Source: Convolutriloba macropyga (taxonomy: Eukaryota). Taken from it: DNA of 64,000 bases. The notes below the pieces were generated by a model. That model was not told where the DNA came from, made no database searches, and was given only the letters and a program-made list of their open reading frames with translations. This document shows, in pieces, positions 39,001 to 51,000 of the stretch. Positions within the stretch are counted from its first letter, which is position 1. Each line of letters opens with the position of its first letter. The translations under genes were made by a program, and so were the position numbers. The stretch lies in assembly GCF_964194025.1 (NCBI RefSeq), contig NC_134475.1, positions 2,480,001-2,544,000 of the forward strand, given 5' to 3'.

Positions 39001-42000
39001 TTATCATCTGAAGAGAGACTGCAATTTTTGGAATATGAGTCGGACAAAGAAGTTGCTTCAAAGTCCCAGCGAAAGAAAACAAAAGCTTCTGACAACGACC
39101 AGAGAAACTTTGAAGAGGCAGAAAAAGAAATCAAACCAACCAGCCCCTGGGAGAATTACTTCCTATCAAGTTAAACAGTTAGACAAATTGTACACTAAAG
39201 GCAGTGCTGCATTTGGTAGCATTGCTAACTTGAAGAAGGCTAGCGGTTTCACCAGAGACAAAATTGTTCGCTATCTTCAGTCGAAAGCCCCGTACACAAA
39301 ATACAGACAATTCAGGAAAAGTTTTCCCCGACTGAAAGCTGTTGCATATAGAATAAATGAAATCTGGTCTGTCGATGTTGCGTATATGGATAAAGTTGCT
39401 CAACACAACAACGGTGTAAAATACTTGTCAGTGGCTGTGGATGTTTTATCACGTTACTTACGAGTTCAACCAATGAAAGCTTTATATGCAAAAGATGCTG
39501 TTGAAGCGTTCAAAAAAATGATCAAGAAGAAACAACCGGAAAAAGTATGGACAGACAAGGGATCAGAGTTCAAAGGAGATTTCAAAAAATTTTGTGAAAA
39601 GAAAGGAATTCATTTATATACAACAGAAAGCGAAACCAAGTCGGCATTTGCAGAGAGGAACATTCGATCGCTTAAAAACATCATTTACAAATATTTGGAA
39701 GAAAAGTGGACTTGGACATATATTGAAGATTTACCCCAGTTTGTAAATACTATAAACAGTCGTGTTAACCGGGTAACCCATTTAGCACCTAATAGAGTTT
39801 TCAAAAAACATGAACCAATTTTAATATCATTAGCAATCAACACAACAAAGTACAAACCAAAATACGAAAAAGGAGACCTTGTTAGGATTGCAAAGCACGA
39901 CGAAAAATTCAGAAAAGGTTATAAACAAAATTATTCTGACGAAGTTTTTACGATATTCAAAATTGCTACCGTGAGTCCACCAACGTACAATCTTATAGAT
40001 GCAAACAACGTTATAATTGAAGGTAAATTTTATGAACCGGATTTAGTCCAAGTAAACGTGTTAGTTACTGCAGATGATTAAAATGAATCCCGCCAAAGAA
40101 TTCACAATCGATCTAATATCCAACGCATCAATGGAAGTTTTTGGTGAAAATACAATGGCAAAATTCCGTAACCAGTTATCTCAACCACTTATTTTGGATG
40201 GAGAATGGCAAGTAGCTTTATCTTCAATATCCTTCCCATCAAACATCAACAACGTCAATTCAAACGGGTTAGTCGTTTATAAAAACTCGGGAGTGGAACT
40301 CGACGCCTCAAATAATCGCAGTGGACACCTTAGAAAAATTCGCAAAGGCATTTACACTAGTTTGGATCAACTCATGGATGAACTTAGGCGAATTGCTCAG
40401 TTTAAACAATTTGATTTTACTTTTGACAAAATTACTCATAAACTGGTTTTACAATTCGGAGCGAATGAGGGTTTTTCATTTGAAAACGAAGAAGTTCCAA
40501 GTATTCTCGGCTTCAAGGGTATAAAAGACAACTCGCATGATGGATACATTCATATTGGATACAAATCACACAAAACTCTCAATAGACACCAAAGTGATTT
40601 CCCAGTCGATATAACCTGTGGCTCACAATTAATATTTGTCTACATAGACATTATAGAATATCAAATTATTGGAGACGTGAGAGCTCCTGTAATTAAAATC
40701 ATTGAGACCGAAAGGCGTTTAAGAAACGGCAGCATAAACACTGTTACACCTATTCATCACAAGACATTTACAATTCTGGATTACAAGCCCATACTTTCTA
40801 ACAATATTCAGAACATTAAAGTGGAGTTGAGGAACGAAGCCGGAAAACTTATTCCATTTAATGGTACAGGAAAAGTGATAGTAGGCTTAAAGTTTCAAAA
40901 AAACAAGTGAAATGGAAGCTTACTACAGCAACCAAGCATCGCAGTCGATGCCACATTTCTCCGGTCATTATCGTCAAAGAGGAAGTGGCTTTGGAGCCCT
41001 CGCAGCAGGTATTGGAAGAGTTGCTTTACCATTGGCAAGAAGAATTATATGGCCCGCTGCCAAAAGAATTGGTCGAGAGCTTTTAGTGCAGGGTGTACCT
41101 GAGTTGGTAGAAGTAGCAACGAAACGAAAGTCGGCAAAGCAGGCGTTGAAAAGCGCGGTTGCAAAAACAGCCCGAAAACAATTTGGTGGTTCTCTCCACT
41201 CACGCATAACACGGGGCCGGCAAGCTATTAGACGTCGAAGACAACACTTTGCTAAACCTCGAACCTACAAGAAACGTTTCACTAAAAAAATCATTTCTCG
41301 AAAACCACAGCCAAGAAGAAGTCGACTGGATTTTTTCTCTCGTGTCAAAAATGCGAACTAATATTGTAATACCTTCCGAAGCCACTCACAGCTCATTGGA
41401 CTTATTTGAAAAACCGCCTTTGCTTGTTACCTTTGATCAATCATTTGAACAAAAAACTGGACCACTTTATTCTCCCTCTGGATCATCGCTCGAATTTGAA
41501 GTTGTAGGCGATCGCAACAATTTCATAGACTTGCAAAAAATTTATTTGGAAGTAAAATGTCGAATACAAAATGTCGATGGAACTGATTTACGATATGACG
41601 CAGGTGATCCCGCTAATACTGATGCCGCATTTTTTGTGAATAATGTCCTTCATTCCCTATTTGCTGACTGTACTGTTTCTGCAAATGGAATAAAAATCTC
41701 TTCTGCCAATGGACACTATGCTCACAAAAGTTTCATAGAAACAGAATTCTCGCACGGGACAGATGCAAAGAAGACTTGGTTAAAGTGTCAAGGTTATGAG
41801 TATGAAGCAAACCCTAGCGCAATTGCTAATGCATTAAAAGATGCAAGAAAGCAGGCTGCGAGAGAATCAGCTCAAATTACCCTTTATGGAAAACTAGCTG
41901 TTGATTTTTTCTCGTGCGAAAAACAATTAGTAAGCGGAGTTACCCTGAGAATTTCTTTCCGAAGGTCACAAGATGATTTTGCCACTATAAGTGAAGCAGC

Positions 42001-45000
42001 TGGCAAAAACTACAAAATAAAAATCGATGAAGCAAACTTATTTGTTAGAAAGATGACTGTATCAGACAATGTAGTCGGAGCCATTGAGAAAACACTTTTG
42101 AGAACACCTGCAATATATCGATACAATGAAGTGATAACAAAAACTTTTCTTGCAACAACGGGGCAGCAAAGTTGGAAGCACGAAGATATTTTTACAAAAG
42201 AACCCATAAGACGACTTATAATTGCATTGTGTGCTGGTGATGCTTTCATTGGGACTAACACAGTAAATCCCTTCAACTATCAAAAATTTGGGCTGCGTGA
42301 GATTACAGTGTTCCGAAACGGTTTCGCTACAGCTGGTACACCAATGTCAACAATTGACAACAAGCGTTTGTACTACAATTCAATGAACGCATTAGCCTAT
42401 GTAGAAAACGGTCATGGAATACCATTGAGTGAATTTTCAAACCATTTTATAATGTTTTCGACCTGACTAGTACACAAGAAGCCACACATGATTTTATTCA
42501 TCCTGAACTAACAAATTCGTCTACATCGGTCGAGCTAAAATTTGATACAGCTTTAACAAACAACGTTGAAGTTTTCTTCCTCGGTGAAAAATCATCTACG
42601 GTGTATATTGACTCTCCAAGAAACGTATCCAAAAATATTCTGCCTATGAACGCATACTAATGGACGAAGATCAAGTTTATATTCAAGTTCAAAAGTGCAA
42701 GCATCTCAAATACAAATTTCGAGGTGTTTATGCCGCTGACAATTATCCGTTAAATTTACCTGTTAACAGTTTTATAATTGTGAATGCATCGCGAGCTGAT
42801 TCTTTTGGTTCACATTGGGTGATGCTTGCGAAACGCTACGCATACCCCGTACTATACTTTGCAGATCCGTTAGCACTACCTCTGACTGCCTATAAAGACA
42901 TTTTCTCCCGCCTACAGCAATGTACTGATTTACATATGATGATGGATATTATGGAGCACAGAAGAGATATTCAGTCTCCCCTGCAATCAGCAGACTCGCA
43001 ACTGTGTGGTTTATTTTGCATCTATATTGCTCATTATTTCTATAGCAGTAAGTTTCCATTTGTACCTGATGTAAATGAAATGCAATTTTTGGCATTTTTA
43101 AAACATATGGAGTGAAATTGAATTAATTGTTCTATCACAGTACTATTTTAGACAGTAGAATTTTTACAGAACTGAAAGTTTATTAAATAGTCTGAAGTCT
43201 CACGTACAAAACTTCCCTGCCCACTTAAAATTATATCCATAATCTGATAGAGAGAACCAGAATATTCACCGAGCATTAGTTGACAAAAACGTTTTACAGT
43301 CACATCGGGGATAGTAGAAGCACGTTTGTTAGAAGTGGTAGTAGTAATGGTTGAGAGTCTTTTCACAAGGTTAGGCAGAGGAAGTTGTTTTTTAGTTTTG
43401 TTGGTTGAAACATGATTACATTTTGACAAGTACTCCACAGCAACATGTAAGCGAGAGACAATAGCACCATGAGCAACAAAATTTTTCGTAGGCAAAATAA
43501 GGATTTTAAAACAAGTCACAAGGCAAGGTATCGTCGCAGGAGCATACGAAGAGAAATCAATTTTATCTTTGGGACCCGTATATTCAAAAATGAGATGCCA
43601 ATGATTGGAACCAAACAAACAACCATCGATAACAGTCGAAGATGAATGATAACCGTACGCATAATTTTCTATTGCAGAATCTTGAGGTTTTGGTTCTGTG
43701 TCGCAAATAGTGTATTTGAATCGTTTTTGAAATTTTTTGAAGTATTCAGGACTGTTTTCGTACATAGCTTCAACCATAGTAAGAGACTAAACTGAGTGAG
43801 TAAACAGTGAATTACCTCTATGAATTATTGGGTTTGAGTTGATAACATGGTGTAAACAAAATTTCAAGGTCGTTCGAATACGAAAATTCTTTACATTGTT
43901 GTTATTTTTATTGCTTGTAAACAAATTCTGTCTAGACATTAAGTAAACAAACTATAGCTGTCTGGTTTCTACGACGCTCAGCAATTAAAACAAAGCTGTC
44001 GCTTTTTCCCGAAGTTCCAAAATCTTTAACCTGAGGTAAATTTTGGGTTGTTTTCATTGCTTTTCAAATAAATTCTGTCTAGACATTAAGTAAACAAACT
44101 ATAGCTGTCTGGTTTCTACGACGCTCAGCAATTAAAACAAAGCTGTCGCATTTTCCCGAAGTTCCAAAATCTTTAACCTGAGGTAAATTTTGGGTTGTTT
44201 TCATTGCTTTTCAAATAAATTTTGTCTAGACATTAAGTAAACAAACCAGATTTGTTGAAGTTGTGTACACGAATAATGGCTGTCTTAATTTCCCGAAGTT
44301 TTTAAAACTTTGCTGTGATTGGGTGACGACTTGAATTAAAATCCATATTTGTAACATAACTAATGGTTCCAACTTTATGGCTTGTAAACAAAGTTTCCGA
44401 AGACATTAGGTAAATAACTTGAGTCTGATGGAACTTTCCGATGTTATGTAACCTTTGTTCTGATTGGCTGACGACTTAAGATATAATCTATTTTTAGTAA
44501 AACAACTAATTGTTCCAACTTCATGGCTTGTAAACAAACTTTCTGAAGACATTAGGTAAATAAATAAAGGTTGACGGAACTTTCCAATGTTATGCAATGT
44601 TTGTTATGATTGGTTGATGACATGATAAATCCATTTTTAGTAAATAGACTTATTGTTTCAACTATTCTGTTTGTTTATCGTCATGAGAAATCATTAAGTT
44701 TTTGGGGAACAGGAGAACCACTTGTTTACCGAATTTCTATAGAAACGTTGACTGTTAACTTTTTAAAAAATTTTATCTTTCCTAATCCGATATTTAGTCA
44801 CTTTCTAATTTTTGGGAAATGCCTGCAAAAGACCGACATTTACAGATCAGCTGTGAAAAATGTGGAAAATCTATAGTAAAATATCACATTGCTCGCCATA
44901 GAAAGACTTGTTCTAGCGGTACCTTATACTGCAAGAAACGAAACTGTAATTTTGCAACAAAAAATTCGGCAGAACTATCGTACCATATTGCCAAATCGCA

Positions 45001-48000
45001 TGGATCGAAAAAGCGTAACACCTTAAACAAGTGCGTTGTTTGTCAGAGAGATTTTCCAAGTTTCTACTCGCTGCAGCTTCATCGCAGGAAGATACACCAA
45101 GTTAACACGAAAGTTGGGAGCTTAAACACAACCCGTGTCCGTGAAATAGTTGATGAGTTGAATGAAGATAGTGAAAAATTGAAAGAGGAATTAGCAGCAT
45201 GTCAGCATTTACTAGTAGATGTGCACGCTGAGCATGGAAGACAAGAAGTTTTCAACTTCAGCCTGTCGAAATTGGACACCAACGAAATCAACAAAAAACT
45301 TGATGAAGTTTTTGAAAATCTCAAATGTGCTGCAAAAGTTAACCTAGCTTTGGGGTTCCTGTTGCACAACGTAGAGAACAACGACTACCGTTATTATTAT
45401 CCGCACGAAAATAATTTACTTCTGGATAGGGCGCATTTGTTGAGCAATAAAAACGATTTACTCAACCTTCAAAGTGAAATTGAAAAGTTTGACTTGATTG
45501 AAACCTGTACACAGGAACGTCAGAACTCAAAGTGGCGATTCGCTTTAATTACGAACGTTACCATCTTTGCAGCACTCTTAAAAAATATTCCTTTGGGTTG
45601 CCTGGATTCTGTTCTTCCGGAACCTTTGTTAAGAAACCCAGAAGTTAATTGTCTGGTTTCAAATGGACATGATGTACCTTATAACGATAACTTATGTCTA
45701 TTCCGCGCAATTTCCATTCATTTATTTGGATCCGTAGATGTTGAACCACATGCAATGCAACTGTTTGACAATTTTGTTTCGGCCACTGACTGTGATCCTG
45801 AAAACTTCATGGGAGTTTCTCTGGATCAAATCCCAGTAATTGAAAAATTAGTCGAAAAAAATATCTTCATCCATGATTTTACCATTGAAGATGGTGAAAT
45901 AGTTGGTGAACTTATTCGACGAAGCATTGAACGATATGAAGAAAACATTAAATTACTTCGCTATAACAACCATATCTGTTATGTAAATGATATCAACAAA
46001 TTCTTCAAGAAGTTCCGCTGTCCCAGCTGTGACGTCTTCTTCAATCACTGTGGACATTTTAATCGCCACTTACGAACTTTCAAAGAACGAGTGAAAAATA
46101 TCTATCCGAGAGGTGTTTATTCGTTAAAGGAAACATTGTTTCAGAAACTTGAAAACTTCTCAATCGCTTATCCAGAAGATTGTACCCTCTTCAAAAATTT
46201 TGCCGTCTTCGACTTTGAAGCAATATGTGACAACTCATTGGAAATTAGTAGCTCTGCTACAACATCATGGATTGGAACTCATGTACCAGTATCTGTTTCA
46301 ATTTTCTCCAATCTGTTGAAGGAACCAATTTTCTTGTGCGAAGAAGATCCTAATCGTCTCATCATATCATTTGTTGCTCAACTTGAAACATTAGCAGCAA
46401 AAAACAAAGCGGACATGAGACCTAAGTTGTTGGCGGTGGAAGCGGAGATCAAAACTAGGTTGAGTGATATTTCCTCTAGATTGCAAGTTGTTTCCGAAAC
46501 TCAACCAAATATCAGTAACAAAACGGAAGATAGCAATGCATCTGAAAATTTTTTACGATTCCAGCAAAAGCAGCTCCTTGATCTCCAGCGTCATTTTGAT
46601 AGTTATGTTGACACTTTACCAGTTTTTGGATTCAACAGTGGAAAATAGGACCTTAACTTAATCAAAACTTATCTCATTCCTCATCTAATAACTGATAGAT
46701 CTATTCAACCTACGGTAATAAAGAAGGCAAACCAATTTATATCTTTTAGTTTTGGTGACATTCAGTTTCTCGATATTCTGAACTTTCTCGGTGGAGCTAC
46801 ATCTCTGGATTTATTTCTGAAAGCATATCAGTCCGAGGAGACAAAAGGATTTTTTCCGTATGAATGGTTTGATTCGTTGACAAAACTTGACTGTGACAAA
46901 CTTCCTCCCTATGACTCATTTTTCAGCAAACTGAAAAACTTTAATCCTTTGGAGAAGGAGTTTTCTGAGTTCGAGAAGTTAATACAGCGTGGGAAAGACG
47001 AGAAGATAATCCTAAAGGAGATGGGACTGAAAGAGAAGCCGCTGTCAGGAAAACAAAATTATACTCTTTTAGCAGATTTGTGGAAGAAGGAGGGTATGAA
47101 AACTTTTCGTGATTTCCTTCGATGGTATAATAACAAAGACGTGTACCAACGTTGACTGCAATGAGTAAAATGATTGAGTTTTATCATAATCGGAACATTG
47201 ATATATTGAAGCGCGGTTGTATACTTCCAAATTTGGCTAATATTTGTCTTCACAAGTCAACAAGTTCAAAATTTTATCCGTTCGTCGATAGCGATAAAGA
47301 TTTACATGAAAAAGTTCGAAGTGAAATGACTGGTGGGCCTTCTATTGTCTTCAAGAGGAAAGCTGTTGTAGACAAGACATTCATCCGAACATCAAACAAC
47401 ATTTGTAAGGCGATAGTTGGAATAGACGCCAGCCAATTGTATCCCTTCGCCATGTGTCAAACGATGCCAACGGGTTTATACACTAGGTGGGAGTTCGATT
47501 CTGATCTCCAAAAGTTCAAAGCTCGTCAGAACAAGATTAGAAAATTTGAAAACATGGTTATTTCTTACTATCAAACAATCAGACCAGACTGTACTATTGA
47601 GAGCATCTATACAACTGGAAAACAGAAAAAAATTGATTGGTTTAGTGTTGATGGCTTTTGTGGACACTGCAATACAATTTTCGAAGCTCTCGGATGTTAC
47701 TACCATTTCTGTCCCTGTAGAGAAGCTCAACCCTCTCTTAGCGAGGAAGAACTTAAACATGGTCTCCAGAAGCGAGAATCTGATAAGTTAAGGAAAAAAC
47801 ACTTGGAGAAAAAGGGCTACAAAATTATCGAGATGAGGGAGTGTGAATGGTGGGATCAGGTTCAAATGAGCTCTTTTCTGAAAAATCACATTAGAAAAAA
47901 TTTTCCCTACAAACTACCCTTAAGCATGGAAATCCTGCTGAAGCGAATAGATGAGGATAAGTTATTCGGTTATGTACAATGTGACTTAGAAGTTCCGGAG

Positions 48001-51000
48001 GAGCTCTACGAACGATTCGCAAACTTTCCTCCAATTTTCAAAAATAGCAACGTTGGAAGAGAAGATATTGGAGATTTCATGAGAGAGTATGCTGAAAAAA
48101 ACGATCTATTGATGAAACCACAACGAATGTTGATTTCGAGTTATAATTTAAATAATGGAATAGTTATAACGCCATTACTGAAGTTTTACTTGAAGCTTGG
48201 ACTACGTTGTACTAAAATATACCGATTTGTTGAGTATACGCCACAAAAGTGCTTCAATGATTTTGTGCAATCTGTTGTTGATGCGAGACGAAAGGGAGAT
48301 GAAAATCTTGACTCGAGCGTTGTTGCTGAGACTATGAAGTTACTTGGGAACAGCTCGTATGGTTATCAGATTATGGATCGAAGTCGACACACCGAAACTC
48401 TCTATCTTAATGAAGAAAAAACGCATAAAGCAATTAATAACCGTCTTTTTAGAAGACTAAATAGCGTTTCGAGAGATATCTATGAAGTTGAACTAGTGAA
48501 AAGCACAATTGAACATCGCGAACCAATAATTGTTGGATTTTTTATCCTTCAGTATGCAAAATTGAGAATGTTAGAGCTTTACTACAACTTTTTTGACAAG
48601 TTCTGTGATGTTAAAAAATTTGAAGAGCTTGAGATGGACACTGACTCTCTGTATATGGCACTAGCTCATGAGATTCTCTATGAATGCATTCGTCCCGAAA
48701 TGAAGAGCACTTGGAAAGAACTCCGAAGTAATGACTGTGTAGAAAATTTTCGCGCTGATTGTAACAAAAATTTTTTTCCGAGAACTTGTTGCCCTAAACA
48801 TGTGAAACATGATAAGCGGGAACCTGGATTATTCAAGGAGGAATTTCGATGTACTGAAATGTTGTCTCTATGTAGCAAAACTTATTGCTGCTACGACTCT
48901 AGAACGAAGAAAACTAAGTTCAGCAGCAAGGGACTCAACAAGAATGTTCTAGAAAAAAATAATGATGGACCATTGCAGAAGTACAGAAAAGTACTGGATG
49001 AAGCAGTGAATGTATCCTCGACTAACAGAGGATTCAAAACAGTAAATCATCAAGTTCTCACGTACGAACAAACTAAAAAGGGACTTTCTTATTTCTATCC
49101 AAAGCGAATGGTGGAGGCAGATGGAATACATACAAAACCTTTGATGATCTGAAAATAAAACTCTACTTTCAAATATTTTACATCCGTCATCTTTATTTAC
49201 TTTCGCTGATACTTGATAGATTCTGATTAGATTTTAAGTGTTTTGAGTAATTTTGTAGTGTATTGTATAACTAGTCTTGGTATTCATTGTAATTGATTAA
49301 CTATCGTTCGGGAAAAAAAACTTTGAAAGCTGCTTTATTTTTCATTCAAAGTTAAACATGGACAAATCGAATGAGTTCCTTAATCGTATCATCCTCCTTA
49401 TATCAATTAGCTTTCCTTATAAGGAATGTCAGGAATTTATTCAATCTTTAGTAGCGTTGATCAATTTTCGTTATTGTTTTCTGTGACGTCATAAATCCAT
49501 TTTATAGCGTTCTTTGTGACGTCATAAATAGTATGCATTTCGTACTCATCAAACTCTTTCCCTTTTGATGAAAAAAAAATACAATGACTAATTAAAAATA
49601 ACATTGATTAGGATGTTCCTTAATCATCCCACTATGTGAACATCCAAGAACAGTCTTAATACATGTGAGCATCTAAGACTAATTTTAATGCTTGTGAGAA
49701 GCTATAGCTAATCTTAATACATGTAATACTATACCTAATTTTAGATGTAGAAGCTATACCTAATCTTAATAAATGTAGAAGCTATACGTTATCTCTATAC
49801 ATGTAGATTCTATGCCTAATCTTAATACATGTAGAAGCTATACGTTATCTTTATACATGTAGATTCTATACCTAATCTTAATACATGTAGAATCTGTCTT
49901 ATTACAACTAATCTTATAAAATTTTATTCATATCCTTATATATCATACATTAATATCTGATTCCTATCTTTATACATTGCTAAAATAATTCAAGGGCGAC
50001 CGAAGCGAGCCACAACAGCTATAACCAATCTTAATACATGTGGGTTGCCACCCCCCCCCCCCCCCCCCCGGGCACCTCGGTCCAGCTATATACTACTCAC
50101 GTGTATCTTTTTTTTAGTTTTTTTTTGGCTTTTTTCTATTAATATCTTCATTTTTGGGTCTTTCAGTCGTCTTTCTGTCAAAAATTAGTTAATATGGCAA
50201 CTCCCTTTTTTAATTCGTTTACTCAACGCCCTTTTCTACCTCAATGTAATTTTGTTTTATGAAATTGTACATATGCTAATCCGATTTTGGTAGTATTTTT
50301 TCCAATTTCTGTCAGTTTTTTGTTTATATTTTGTTTTTAATTACTAGAAATAGTATTTTATTTCATTATAGGGGACTTTAATTTCGTTTCAATAAAAATT
50401 CATTCATTTTTTGGCGTTAAGTTCTTGAAAATTCAGTTAAGATTATTTTCATAAATGCAGTCTTGAAAGTTTTTTGACCTTTTTTTTGCAAAAAGTTCCA
50501 ATTTTTCCTATGTTTGAATTCTGTTTTTTATTTTTTTATTCTGTTCAGGAGGATGGATTTTTTCTCGGATGACTCGTTGTCTTTTCGATATCTCGAATGC
50601 TGAACAATGAAATGTATTCCTTTTTCTTTACTTTTTAATTTGATTTTTAACTTTGAAAAATCAAGAGTCTTTTTGTTACGGTGTTTCTTACATTGTGTCC
50701 ATATTCTTCACATTGTAGTTAGTATCATGCTAGCTTTGTCCTGCAACCTAAATTTATTTTTGGTATATTGATTTTTTCAGTTGTAAAAAAATAAATGATT
50801 TCAGCTTTTTCTTAGTTTTTTGTCATTTCTTTGGTTTGCAATTGATTTCATTCAACATATGGTAGTACTGAGAGTTTGATGGCAAGCTTTCTCCAAAATT
50901 TCCGCTTATGACTATTTACTGCAGCTTTCTCCCAGCCTTGGTACTAATTTAAACGATTTTTGTCTTTGAATATTCTTCTGCTTATGTCTTTTCTATGATC

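Larger units (their letters stand above)
35190..50097 (+). mobile_element. Polinton/Maverick (endogenous adintovirus-like) element; left end in gap
   Basis: Compact intronless gene cluster: pPolB, rve integrase, A32/FtsK ATPase, penton, MCP, adenain. Right end ...C19 GGGCACCTCGGTCCAGCTATATACTACT ends in the Polinton-type ACTACT at 50097. Confidence 0.95.

Noticed and set aside
43148-43777. Idea that the Polinton HUH-like protein mobilises the surrounding HINEs
   Set aside because: Helentrons use a Y2 RepHel with PIF1 helicase; this ORF has no helicase or twin-Tyr motif, and only proximity links them.
46646-47155. Programmed read-through or frameshift in PolB (and in MCP at 42455)
   Set aside because: The TAG replaces the conserved Tyr of Exo II and the shifts fall inside conserved motifs with no slippery heptamer; decay or sequencing error is simpler.
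49652-49898. 28-bp repeats as a CRISPR-like array
   Set aside because: Contiguous tandem units with no unique spacers, no cas genes, eukaryotic context.
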